Positions 38,801 to 52,217 of a stretch of 64,000 nucleotides of DNA are shown here, in pieces (position 1 is the stretch's first letter; every line of letters begins with the position of its first letter). Source of the stretch: Malacoraja senta (taxonomy: Eukaryota); assembly GCA_038087875.1 (NCBI GenBank), contig CM075987.1, positions 14,756,001-14,820,000 of the forward strand, given 5' to 3'. The notes beneath the pieces were generated by a model, which saw nothing but the letters and a program-made list of their open reading frames with translations, did not search any database and had not been told where the DNA came from. The translations under genes and the position numbers were made by a program.

Positions 38801-41800
38801 AATCACAACAAACTCAGTGCTCGGAAACAAGGCATAACAAAAGTGCACAATTATAATATTTTTGTAAATATAGTTATATATAAAATTAAAAAAAACATTT
38901 AGGGTTTAATTGGCTACATCTGGAGGTCAAAGGTGGCAAGGAAGAAAGCTACACGATATAAAAATAGCAAATACAGTTTTCATGTCTAACCAATGCACAG
39001 CTATAACCTTCAACTTAAGAAACAACTTTTTCCAGATGGTTTAAAATAAAAATTGTTAACATTTTTCTCCAAAATATTCACACAATGAAAGGGAATAAAA
39101 CTCAGTGACGTGTAACATTCCTAATTCTGGCTCATATTGTACGGTTTACAAGAATTTAAAGGTAAAAAGCAAAATAATTTCTCATGTTTTGCTGTGCGGC
39201 AGCAGAACAACTGACCTCAGACAGCTTAATCTATAAACTGATGCAAGATCCATGAACTAAAAATAACAACAGTCATGTCTACAACATTCTGCTCAAGAGG
39301 CTCCTCAATTACCACCACGGTTTAAGAATATTACAAGGAAAACCTGGTTTTCAGCAGCCTACTGAGATTCACATAACGAAATCCCATCCACTAACAATCA
39401 ACCAGCATTAAACCACCTTAAATTGCAAACTATGGTTTCAAACTACAAGGTCAGGAGGTTGGATAATTGGCTGGTGTCGGAGTGTGTTATAAAAAGATGA
39501 GTTTGTGGCAGTTTTGCGAAAAACTGTTTCTTTGTAAACATGAGTTGTCAGCCATTAGAATAAATTCTCAATACTTGCCATCCTTCCTGAGTTTTTGTAT
39601 CATAAGATGAATGGATACCACTTTATTCACAATTGGAGGGGGGGGGGGGGGGGGGTTGTAATTATTTTGGAATGAAAAGTTTTTTGTCTCTATTTGGTGA
39701 GCTGTTTGATTAAGCTTGGCAATTGCAATTGTAACTATGCAGCTGAGTTTGTATTATTGTATTATGTTCCCAATGTTATAAATGTGCCTGGGTGCTTCCT
39801 TGTCTATGAACATACTAACTTTTATAGAATGTTAAACCTTAGAAAAATTGAGTTTAAATTAACGAAGTGGTTACAAAACTGGACCTCTTGCAAAAGCAGC
39901 TCACTCTCAAAAACTTTTACCTTGGGGAGACACAACTTTGGACATGATATAGAAAGTGTAACAAGTACATTTGCCACTCAAAAATGAATACTTAAACTTT
40001 GTAGATAAAAATCTGTCTTAAAATAGGAAACAAAACCAATCATGAAACTTCTATAAATGATATGTACTGTATAGTGCTAATAAGTTCTCAATTTTTGTGC
40101 ATTAATTACAAATAAATACATTAGTAACCACAGTCTATAAAATGTTTGAATATACGTTTATCACAGAAAATGCAATACAGTTCAAACCAGCACGAAGATT
40201 AACGAGATCAGAGTCACCTTTAATCCTTGTATAAACATTTTCATAAAGGCAATTAAAGGAAAAAATTTCATATTAAAAGAATCACTTATTATGCAGAGTG
40301 CTGAGAAGCCAGCGGGAGAGAGTTCAACAAACAGACAAAAGGTGGCTAAAATAATCAACCACACCAAAGCAAAAGCACATAATCAACTCATAGTCAAAGT
40401 CAGCTGCAAGAGACAGAGAGAACAAACTAACTTAGCAAAAGCAAACAGAGCAAGTAGCTTTGGACTGCTGAAAGACGATATGAAGTTCACTTAACTACTT
40501 TTTCCTATAGTATCTATTTGAAACTGAATTATTGATATTTGTACTGGAGCAAATTCAAGGCAGGTAGCTTTCATTTTTTAACATTATGTTTCTAGGCTGC
40601 GTAAGAGCAGGCAGGCAGGAGGATTACCAACATTTTAAAGAGCGCTGTCAGTAACTTTAAGTGTAAACATCGTTTCAAAATTAAATCTTGTAACATATCA
40701 AACTACAATCATTCTAAATACCAATTTATACTATTAAGCAACATTTTAAACACCCAGATGCAGTCACAAGGGCAAAATATGAACTGAATTCCTCATTGAA
40801 CCATGTTCTGTACAATTACTAAATTGTACCACAGACACCTATGAGTGGAATTTATTTTTAAATTATGTACGGTTGTATAAATCTGTAACTCAATTGCAAA
40901 GTGTATATTTGTATGTAGAGATCTTTTTTTTTTTTTTATAAGTTGAAATATACAACAGAGTAAATTTAACAGTGATGTACATACGCTGCATGATTAGGAT
41001 GATATTTGCTTAGGAAAGCTGGCAAGTATAGATCGTTAGATTGTGGGGGAGAAATAATATGCAAACAAGTGTACAATTCACAACAAAAAGCCATACACAA
41101 ATGAATTAAAAACATCTTAAAGCAATGTACTTTTACTTCCTTTTCAGTTTTGGCTCTCCTGTCCCACAGTGTGATAGGCGCGTTCAACCATGATGCACAA
41201 AGTTTCATTCTCAATAATAAATTTGAGTTGGTTCACATGAGTTCTGAATCAGTTTCACTGATAAGTAACAGCTCAGCATGTCTTAAGGAAATCCCTTATT
41301 TTACTCCACCCCGACAGAACAGTGTGTAAAAGCCAATGACCCCGTGCAAACATGCCTCCTCGCCAGTTATTCTCACTGTTATATAAAGGCCAGAGGCGAG
41401 TCAGGAAAGCTGACTTACAGAACTCCCAGACACACTGGGAACAATACATTAGCAGGAAACTTTGAATTCTAGAAACAAATCTACAGAAGACGATATTTTT
41501 TTTTGTTTTTGCAATGGCACTTGAATTGAACTCTTGTTAATAAATTAACAATATATTAATTTTAAAATTATTATCAAAATCAGTACACGGGCTCTTGCAC
41601 ATCACTGGGGTTAGGCAAAGTCCAAAACCAAAAAGAAAACATCATAGCATGTGGAGAGTTCTCAGCTCATCCAGAAACAGAAATTAAAAAACATTGCAGC
41701 TTTTATTTATACAACAGGTGCCAAGAGGAAAGCAAAATATTGAGATAAGTTTTTCTTGGTCCTTCCATGTGCATCACTTCTTTAAGTAAGTTCATTAGGT

Positions 41801-44800
41801 TTTATTGTTGGTTTTTCCACTCTAAGTGTTCTAACTGCTTGGAGTTGCACATTCTATTTCTGACTATGATTCAATATTTTGCTGGGTACTGGCAACTATA
41901 TTTATTTAGTTCCTTTTTATTATTCTCTGCATTTAATACCAGACTGTTATGGACCCATTCTATATTTGCAAACAGTTTGCTTGAGGTTACTTCTCAGTTT
42001 CCATTGTCGAGGCAGAAGCAGTAGATAGCAACACGTCTAAATACTGAAAGCCATCTCTAGGTTCCTTATCTGTAGAGTTCTAGCGCTGAACAGCATGGAA
42101 ACAGACCCTTTGGCCCACCTTGATCATACTGACCATATTGGCAAATTGGACCAATGCCACTTGTTTGGATTTAGCTCGTATCCCTCTAAATGTTTCCCAT
42201 CCATATATCTGTCTAAATATCTTTTAAAAGTCATAATTGTAAGTTACAACTGAAAGTCAGGAAAGCCATACAGCCATTTTCATCTGATCAACTAAGTTTT
42301 ACAGGAGTTAAACTATGTTTATTCAAAAATAATCTTGCTACTTCCAAACTCTGTAACCGTGAGGCTTTCCATCTCCAACTGTCTACACAGAGTCATAGAG
42401 TAATACAGTGTGGAAACAGGCCCTTCGGCCCAACTGGCCCACACTGGCCAACAATGTCCCAGCTGCGCTAGTCCCACTTGCCTGCGCTTGGTCCATAACC
42501 CTCCAAACCTGTCCACCACTACCTCCTCTGGCAGCATGTTCCATACACCCACCACCCTCTGTGTGAAAATGTTACCCCTCTGATTCCTATTAATCTTCCA
42601 TATCCTTTACTCTTTACCTTTCCTATGTAATGACTAAATTCTCAGAATTAGGGAAAAAACAACATTATTACCATTACGAGTTAAAGACTTACTCAGCTCC
42701 AATAGTAAAGAGGAGGAAAACCAATAATCTGGCATCACCGTTAAAGCTAGTAAATAAAACTCTTGCAGGGAGGGAGATAATGAAATATTGCACTATGATT
42801 ATCTGTGAAGAGAATCGAAAAATTGAAAGAGGAAAGTGGTGGGGAGGGTTTCCTGGGTAACTGCCATGGAGTGTGAGGTGCCTCCCAATGTCCCCAGTCA
42901 TTGGTCCCACCCAACAGCTGGCTTTAGATTTCTACACACGGGTTTTTATTTCTGTTCCACCATCAGAATGACATTTGCCGTAGGAATGGGTGGGTAGGAT
43001 TGTAAGGAAAAAAATGTTTCCATTTATTATCTATTGGGACAACTGTTGGGATTACACCGATGGCTTATCCACTCACCCTATGCTCACTGAGTAAATAAAA
43101 GGATGCTCCTCTTGTGAGGTGCATGATGCTTAGTTATCTGCAATGGCCTACATTCCCCTTGTGATACAGAGGCAACTACGCCATTTTAAACTTTCTTTCC
43201 TAGCTCATTAAATAAAATAAACTTATTCCACGGGGAACCAAAACTGGAGAAATAACTTCTGAGAAACTCTATTCAACACTATACCTAAATGAACTAAAAT
43301 TAATTTAACAATCTACTGGTAACAATAAAGTATACTATAATCAATGCTTTATTTTCGAGACAAAAAGGTGCCAGTATGCATATCAATTAAAAATTAAGCT
43401 TTATCAACTTTTTTTGATCAAGATACCCAACTTTGGCTACACTAACTGTCATAACATATTAATTGTACACTAAGTCGAAACAAACAAATGTTCCTTTTCA
43501 TTCAATTATGCTGTCCATTAACTAGGCATGATTAATAAACAAACGTGTCATGCCAGAGAACACTGTCACAAATAAAGCACTGGCTATAGTTATCATAATT
43601 GGTAAACCTGGGTGTTTCAAATTGACAGTCTTGGTTTCTCCTGAATATTCTTTAACAAGCCTCAACAGTCTGATACTCCAGTTTCTCCACCTCACCTCGT
43701 TGCTGTGGCTACACTGGTTGAGTGCAGTTAGACACCAAGACAAAAGCACTTCATAAATGCCTTGCACAAAAATGAACAATAAACCCTGATGATTACTGAT
43801 TAACTAACGAACAAACACACATTTGGAAGGAGTAAGATCAAGGTTTGTGCAATGCAAAACCCAAGCTGGACTTTTGTCTTTTTAAGAAATCAATGAGGTA
43901 TTTGATTTATTTTGCAACTGTTGTATTTATAATACTGACACAAAACAGATTTCAGCTGAATTTTATAAGCATGGTCTCTATTGTGAAAATGTATTTCAGA
44001 AACATTGAAAAAAATTAACAGAACTACAAATGAGCGTAGTTTTTTTTCTGCAGCATAATTGGATTATTTAAAGATAAATGATTTTCTGGTTTGGGGAAAT
44101 GTTTGCCACTGGTATCAACAAGGAATTACTTTCCACAATAGAGTGAAACTTTATTTGGTTCATTTTAATATCCGCCAGAAAGAACCAGCACACATTCAAC
44201 CTCCCACACATGCCTTTCCAATCTCAATCATGCCTCATGAGGGTGATAGTTGGTAAGGCACATCCCTACAGAAATCTTAGTACTTGGTTACAGAACACAG
44301 TTGGCACACATTTGAAGGCAGGATGGCCTCAGGTGGAATAATACCACTTTTGGACTATTTGTTCACTACAACCTCTTTCTCACATATCTTTCATTACTAA
44401 TTCAACTTTGATTTATTGTGGGACAACAATGGAACTGGGATTCAACGTGACTGCTTTACCTTAAGGTGCAGTATTTGTATATTTAACCATTGAAACAGCA
44501 GTACTTGGGGGGGGGGAAACGATTCACCGATAATCGAGAACGGCGGACGGCATGAAACTAAAATCCCTTGCAGAAAAGCAAACCAAGCACTAGACGCTTC
44601 CCTGGATCGCTCGTTCCTGGCTCTCTGTGTGCACAGTTAATGTCAACTATTTCTTCACATTTTCACTCGGACGATGTTAAGTGTAGAAGCGATTACAAAC
44701 AGCTGAAACCCCAGCAGTTTAGCAGACAGTGGTTTGTAGGCAGCTTTAGGGAGAGCAGCAGAAACTCCAACAAATACACGGGTGAACATGCAAGAAAAAA

Positions 44801-46123
44801 CATTGTCACACGACCAGTAACTCCACTTCTTAAAGCCAAACAAAATAATGATGCAGAAAATGCGACCATAACTTTCATTAAGGTGGGCACAGGCAGAGCA
44901 TCAGGGCGAGCATGCAGACTGGAAAAGATGGACTGATGTTGGGCAGTGCTACAAACCAAAATGATAATAATGATGTGATGGTGACAAAGAAATCTACCAA
45001 ACACCAGATACAGGTACTGCATGACCACAAGTGCTCCATTCAGTCATTCAAGTATCTACATGCTTTGACAATTAACGCAACTCGATCCACGCTAAAAATA
45101 TTCTACCTTTCTACTTGGCTAAATGCTCACAAGCAAATGGGACTATGGCAAGCAAATGGGACTATGGCCTTCAAGTGTCTTCTTTGCATTTAATGGGCAA
45201 AACCTCAGGAAGTTTCTCTATTTTACCAAGTTATCTCGGCTGGATACCGAACCCAATTACCACCAACCCTGGTCGTGTGGCAAATAAAGTTTCTATTCTA
45301 TTCTATTCTATGTGTGGAAGAGGTAGAGAAAAATCAAATATAAAACTTTAAAACTCTGTAGAGCTGAAGATGAATGAAAATTAACTGCACTTCAGTCAAT
45401 TGTTAGTTGTACTTCTTTTTACAACTTCCAGTCACTCCACATAATTTTACCTTCTGGGAAGAGTAACTATGTATGTGGTTTGCAATACAAGTTCATCAAA
45501 AGTGAGGTATGAATGTATCTCTCAGGGCCTCTGAAGCCAAGATTATAAGCATCACAATTTTGACAGGACTAGCACTGAAGTGGCGTCATTTCTCTGAACA
45601 CTGAAAATGCTCTGTGGCAACCCAGGTGATCCCTTAACTTCTTATATAGAACAAACTAAACTAAATTAACTTACATTGTCAATTACTTCATTTTACTATC
45701 CCTCCCCAGCCAAGAACTACCTGTACCTTGGCTCGAATAAAGATTTAATGAACAACATCCACCCAAACAATGGACGGTTACTGTGGTGATGAAGTACATG
45801 TATTCTGTAAAGTAGATTTCAAAATTCACATATTAAAAAAAAAATTTAAATGGGCAAAATTTTAGACAGAGGCATGCATCAGAAAATTGCATTTTTGACA
45901 TTTACGGAGTATCCGAGTTAATTAGAGCAATAGATGGCATGCCATGAAATAAGAGCAAGCACTTGCACCTTATGATCATATAATTTTTTTCATCTCGCTG
46001 GTTTTGCTTTTGATTATTAAAAACGAAACCAGTCTGGCTAGTCTTCCATTTTGAATATTGTTAAGCTGATGAAGGTGTCCTTGTATACCAGCTCGCCCGT
46101 GATTCATGGACCGTGACACCACC

Positions 46124-46131
46124 TTAGGTAC
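46124..46131 (-). CDS. FNBP1: FNBP1 alternative terminal exon, coding part (completes ...K-G-T-stop), followed by a long 3' UTR
   Basis: Minus strand reads ccctttctccctctctggactctag|gt acc taa: pyrimidine tract, AG and phase 1. Parallels the recalled two-residue ends of mammalian FNBP1 (DS*) and FNBP1L (GS*). Confidence 0.72.
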
Positions 46132-49100
46132 CTAGAGTCCAGAGAGGGAGAAAGGGACATGGGTTAGTGACAATGACAAAGTTAAGGGGACAATCAGAAA
46201 CCTCACAGCTGGCGCAACTAGACAAAGAGCCTACAAGGAAGCATTCAATAATGCTGATGTCGTGAACACGTCTTCCAGTTCTTAACCTAGCTACACCTTT
46301 TTGTATGGTACACCAATAAAATCATTTGTTTTAAATATTGCTCATTACAAGTTGAAATTGAAGGTATAAACGAACATTACAAAACATTAATAACATTTTT
46401 TTAAAGTATTTCAAAATTTGGCCAGAGGGAACAAAAGAGAAATACAATACAATACAACTCTCGATGAAAGGTGATCCATATTAATTACTGTCAAATAGAC
46501 ATTCTGAATCAGATATTCCAACAATATTTAGTGGCTTGTCTATAGGTGCCATTGACTTTCAGTGTTAGATCGTTAGCAAACATTTATTTTATGAAATAAA
46601 AACAGAAAACACTGGAAATATTCAGCAGGCCAGGGGGTATATGTGGGAATCAAGAAAGAGCTCAGTTTTCCTTCCCATTGATACAGCCTGACCTACTGAG
46701 TATTTCCAGCATTTCCTGTTATATTTTATATTTCTAACATTGGCAGTTAAAAAAAAAAAGATTTTCATATTTTTATGGAATTAAAAACTTCCATATTAAG
46801 AGGGACTTCTTTATTCTCCAATTTTAGCCGTTCACAAACATGTTGAAGCAATGCTAAATCTTACACTGATACAGCACCATGTTCTGAATTTAAATATACA
46901 GGTGCAAATGTCCGATAACAAAGTTAAGGAGACGCCAGGTTTGAATGTAAACTGAAGATTCACCATAATTGCAGATCCAAAAACAAAATAATAAATTTAA
47001 ACCTCCTCTCCAAAATATGACAGATTCAGTGATGTCTCGCAAGGCAGTCTGATTTCTGTTCCTTTGCAGAGGGCGTGAATCTCAGACCCCACTACACATG
47101 TTCTGGTGATTACAAATTAAACAGCAGTTTGCCAAGCTTCTTGTTTTCACTGCAAATCCATGGTTTAAAACACACTTTCTCCAGCACGAGCACAAATAGG
47201 TCATTACTGCAGAAAATAAGTCATGGCCCCAAAAGACAAAGGAGATTAAAATATTCTCTTTTTAATAAACATTAGAAAGCATTTGAAATCAGACAATACA
47301 AACAACCACACATCAATTTTAAAATACCGCTTCAAGAAAGATGCTTCCACTGTGAAAACATCCAATAGGATGGCGTGATTTTACTTTGTTAGATGTGTTT
47401 TGTACATCTACGTTCTGATTTTCTTAAAATTACTGCAGATTAAAACAAAAACGGTTCTTTAAACCCCTTTCTTTAAATCATGCAACCATTACTTTGAAAA
47501 GTGACTGGTAATCATAAAAGAAGTAAGTTCAATGACAACATTTAAAAGACACTTGGACAGGTGCATGAATAGGAAATGTGATTGATGGATTGATCGTGGG
47601 CAAATGGGAGTAGCTTCGATGGGCATCTCAGTTGGCATGTAAGAGTTGGGCCGAATGGCCTGTTTCCATACTGTACGGCTCTTTGAGCCTGGTGGGTGGA
47701 CAATTTCAATGCTTGCATGCCTTTGACATCTGTCATCACTAATCCTCTTCAAACCGTCATGTAATATTATGATTACAAACTGCACAATTTACTGCAAGTG
47801 AGTCAGAAGTTTATTGTCTCAAGTATCTTCTATGAAGGCACTAAAACAGATCAGTTTCCAGGCCCAAAGTATAAGCCATGTTAACAAATTAAATCTCAAT
47901 AACATTCATCTACATGGATGCAACAAATGACGAGATGCCAAATCAGCTCTCTACTCCACTGCTTTGCCAATCTTAGTTACGCTGCTGTGGGGACATGCCC
48001 AAGAGGCAAAGAGTCATCACATAGACATGAGAATAAGTGGGATTACTGGGCTGTCTTCCTGCACATTTTAATGGTTGGTTGACAGCAGCATGAGTGAACG
48101 TTTGAAGGTCCAATAGCTGATTGTTCTCTGCAGAAGATGCCAAGTCTGGGGCTAATGGGGATGGAATTAAGATTGTTTCTAAATAAACAACAACCTATCT
48201 TCATACTTCTTTGGAAAGTTTTAAAACCATTTTTTTCCGTTTTCACTAAATTACATTGCTACAGTTTGATATGCAATATGTATATGTAGTAAATGTTCCT
48301 TGCCTTCATGCAATAATTGGAATATATACATGATGCCTTAAAAATTGCCACCATTCTGACCAACTAGTAAAAAAATTAAATATTTTAAATACATAAGGAC
48401 CAATACACTCGACTCCTCAGACCTGTTTTGTCACACACCAAGATCACGCCTCAACATTATGTGTAGGAAGGAACGGCAGATGCTGGTTTACACCGAAGAT
48501 AAACACAAAATGCTGGAGTAACTCAGTGGGACATGCAACATCTCTAGATTGAAGGAATGGGTGACGTTTCGGGGCAAGACCCTTCTTCATAATGTGCCAC
48601 AGCATCGTTTTTCTGCCTTAGAACACAGGAACAGGCCCTTCGGCCCACAATATCTTCTTATACCTGGATTCCTTTACTATCAAGAAATCTATCACTCTCT
48701 GCTTTGAATGCAATTAATTCCAATCCTCAATGGCCTTCCAAGATAGAGAATTCCACAGATTCACCTGCCTGAGAAGACATTTCTCATTTCAGTGAATTAT
48801 AATTCTAGACTCCGAACCAAGGGCAGTATCTCTCCTGTTGAGCTCTCTGTGTTGAGTTCATGCACTTTACGTACCATAAAAAAACAATTTAACTTTCTGA
48901 CCTTTGGATTGTTACAAAAATTAAAATTGCAGCATTTTTCCATATATTTATGGAAAACATTCTAAATAAATCTCAAATTTATTATATTAGACGTTTTCCC
49001 TAGAAAACGCATGACATGGGTGAACATTTAGGTATATTTGAAAACTGAGCTATTTAGGGGAGAGAATCTGAAAGATTGCAGATGATATTTGCATCCCAAG

Positions 49101-51074
49101 AACAAGATAACAGATTCTACATTCTCCAGCCAGATGAAATAGCTCCCAACATTTCAAGCCTGCTAAGAAATCTATAAGATCACTTCTAATTCTTACAAAA
49201 GACAAAATCCACTGCCTCACAGGACAAACCCAAATCTAAATAGTAAACCTCATCTGCAAGAATAGACAAGTTGTGGCATTTGGCAGGACTTTTTAGCCTA
49301 CGACCTCCCTTGGTACAAACAAGACTGTGTAAAAAAAGAACATCCCAACCAGCTGGCTCTGTGACTATACCATCATGTAGGTTCAAAATAAGATTTCCTG
49401 GTTAGAACAATAAGCTTTGTCTCTTAGGCTAGGGGTGTGCTGACACAATTATATCTACTGTATCTGACACTACAACTACAACAAAGAAGTTTAAGTATGC
49501 AAGAATGACAATATTGTAAAGATCAGGCAGCTTCCAAAGGAAGATATATAAAATTATATAATATTAACAGTTTTGTGAGGACCTCAGAGACAACTCAGAG
49601 GCTGTGATACCAAGGTAAAATGAGGCTGGTTTGCAAAATTAAACCAAGTATTATTTACTCATAAAGAACTATACGATGCGACCTGTAGGTTAGCGTTCAC
49701 AAAGTACAGTTTGGCTAAATGGATATTTTCCCAATAGTGACACCATAAAGGTACGAAACAAAGGACAGATCACTAGAGTGTTAGCAAGCCGATGGTTGGT
49801 GCTCGGTTCTGCTTTGGTGATGATGATTCTGCATACATGTAGGAATATAATGTGGATTTTTATTTTAAGATCTCAGGAAGGTTATTTGCTGATGTATTCT
49901 CGCTTAGAAGCCGAGCACTAATTGCTACTTGGACGATGTATTGTTCTGCTATAAAGAAAAGGTTCCGCAGATTTATAGACCACGACTGGCATAGTGAAAA
50001 GTGTTCAGGGGACAATATTCATACTAATTTGTTCTTGGCTCTGTGTGCTATTGATGTCAGGTTCATTTTTTAAAATCATCGTATGTCCTTCATTGCACTG
50101 AGCACTCTCGTGCATCATATTTGAACTATAATTATTTTTTTCTTTCAGAGCCATTTCCTTCCAAAACAGACTTATAACACTTAAGGTAACTAATCAAATT
50201 GCTGTATAAACCAGCTAGCTATTGCAATGTGAAAAACACTGCTGGTAATTGATGGAATGGAGGTAGACATTTCTGGTTGTAGAAGGAGTTTGCAGTTACA
50301 GAAATCTCTACATAAAGGGCTTCTGCAATTAACAGTTTGCGAGTGTTGTACACTGGCCTACACAGAGGACAACTTGCACCAGTGAAGTGCATGGGAGAGA
50401 ATTCCACCTCAGCCTCTTGTGCTAAATGCAATTAGACAGGTACAGTTGTGTTTCCATCAGTCACTTCAATGGAACTAAATTACACAAGGCTAACATGTAG
50501 CAAGTACTGTATCTGAACTGTTCACCCAAATACCCAGAGATGTTTGACCCTGCATTGCATGCAAAGTATGTCACTCAGTCTTCTCGACATCAATCAATCT
50601 CTCTGCTCATAGATACACAGCAAACAGATGAAGAAGTGGAAAATTGAAACAACAGCAATGAAACAAATTAAAACTGGTGCAAACAGCTAATAATCAACAA
50701 ACATCTTGTGTACCGAATGGGTACGCTGCTATAATTATAATCAGCCCAGGCAGTCATGCAAATAATATTTTAAAAATTCTCTTTTTTTTAAACAAAAAAT
50801 TAACCAAAATTATAAAAATGTAAAAACTGTGTAATTAGGTACCAGCAGAAATGCAGATGGACCATTATTTAAAAGATTAAATAGTATTGTTAAACAATGA
50901 TAAGCAATTCATTCAGTTACAAAATTATTTATACAGAGGTTTATGCTGGATGCAGCTCATTGTGGAGAAATAAAATATGTAACATGGGTGTTTCTGTACA
51001 ACAATTAGCCCTTCAGTGACTTAATCTATCAAATTGGCGCCCACTCAGAACCATTCTTTCAGCATTGAAGTGAA

Positions 51075-51360
51075 AGATAGAGAGAGAGGGAAAAGAGAGA
51101 GAGGGGGAGAGAGAGAGGGGGGGAGAGAGAGAGAGGGGGCAGAGGGAGGGAGACAGAGAGACATAGGGAGGAAGACAGAAAGACAGAGAAAGGGAGGGAG
51201 ACAGAGAGTCAGAGAGAGACAGAGAGACAGAGGGGAGAGAGAGGCAGAGGGGAGAGAGAGAGAGAGAGACAGAGAGGGGGAGAGGGAGAGACAAAAAGTG
51301 AGAGAGCGTACGGGAAAGAAAGCTTGAGAGCAAGAAGGACGGAGCTTGAGAGAGAAAAAG
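51075..51360. repeat. Compound (GA)n/(GACA)n microsatellite
   Basis: Directly visible purine tract. Confidence 0.95.
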
Positions 51361-52038
51361 CAGCAGAGAAAAAGACAAAATGAGAACAAGAAAAATGCTT
51401 TTATATTGCATCTTTAAGGATATCCCAGAATGATTTTAAGTCAAAGTACTGTTAATCATTGTCATAATACTGTGTGGTGTCAGCAAAAAAAAGCAGAAAC
51501 GTATGACCTTGAAAATGACCTGTACTGTGGACAGGATTTCTCTACAATGCAGCTGCACCAACTGGATGTGAGCAGAGATTCCTATTGTCATGAAACTCAT
51601 TATGTACTTTAAATAAAAATAAGCAGCCATTTAATAATATAGAAAAATGTGCATACATATCAAAGCAATGAAAGCAAATACTTTGTGTATTAGATTTTGT
51701 GAAGATGAAATATAAATTTACAGTTCTATGTACCATGATGTGATTTTAGTTTGCAAGAAAACCATATTGTTTGTATGGACAGAGACAATGGATGTTGATC
51801 TTCACACATAAAACACCAAACACTGAAGTCGGTATCAGGATGTACCAGATCCAAACTCACTGATCACAAACTACAATCAGCACGAGAGAGGTTTCCCCAT
51901 CTGCTCTCCAGCAACATGCAAAGGTCAGTAAGTATAGTGCAAAATAAGGAAGTGATGTGACCAGACAGTGTATTGCACTTTGTTGCATTCTCTTGTATGT
52001 GTCAAGCAGGTCCTGTCTTAAAGAGCGTTTACTTAAAA

Positions 52039-52217
52039 CTAGATATAAGTCATTGCACCTTTAACACTTTTGTCCAAATAGACCTCCACATAAGACGATG
52101 GAACATATCCTTCCTCATCTTCACTTCGTCGAACTCTTGTCCACCCATCTCCTTTATCTTCCTCTATCACAGTCAGCGTCTCTCCCTCTGTAATCGTTAT
52201 AGTTCCTTCATTCTGAC
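52039..52217 (-). CDS. FNBP1: FNBP1 SH3 exon ([52 protein letters not shown]); reads through to GAMTYI* (stop 52039-52041) or splices from an internal donor after 52059
   Basis: tcaattcag| acceptor; hand translation gives the SH3 GW and GYVP..YV motifs; internal AAAG|GTGCAA donor; absent from the ORF track. Confidence 0.94.

Noticed and set aside
19100-46000. An intervening protein-coding gene such as USP20 or TOR2A, from ORF-track entries
   Set aside because: No ORF here resembles a cellular protein I recognise; the longer ones derive from repeats. Small exons could have been missed by eye.
51013-51411. ORFs rich in S/L or R/E
   Set aside because: Translations of the (GA)n microsatellite.
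51935-52000. miR-92-like gene on + (TATTGCACTT...)
   Set aside because: Identity to miR-92 ends after 10 nt and only ~7 bp pair upstream, so there is no pre-miRNA-length hairpin. Better read as a target site on the minus-strand mRNA.
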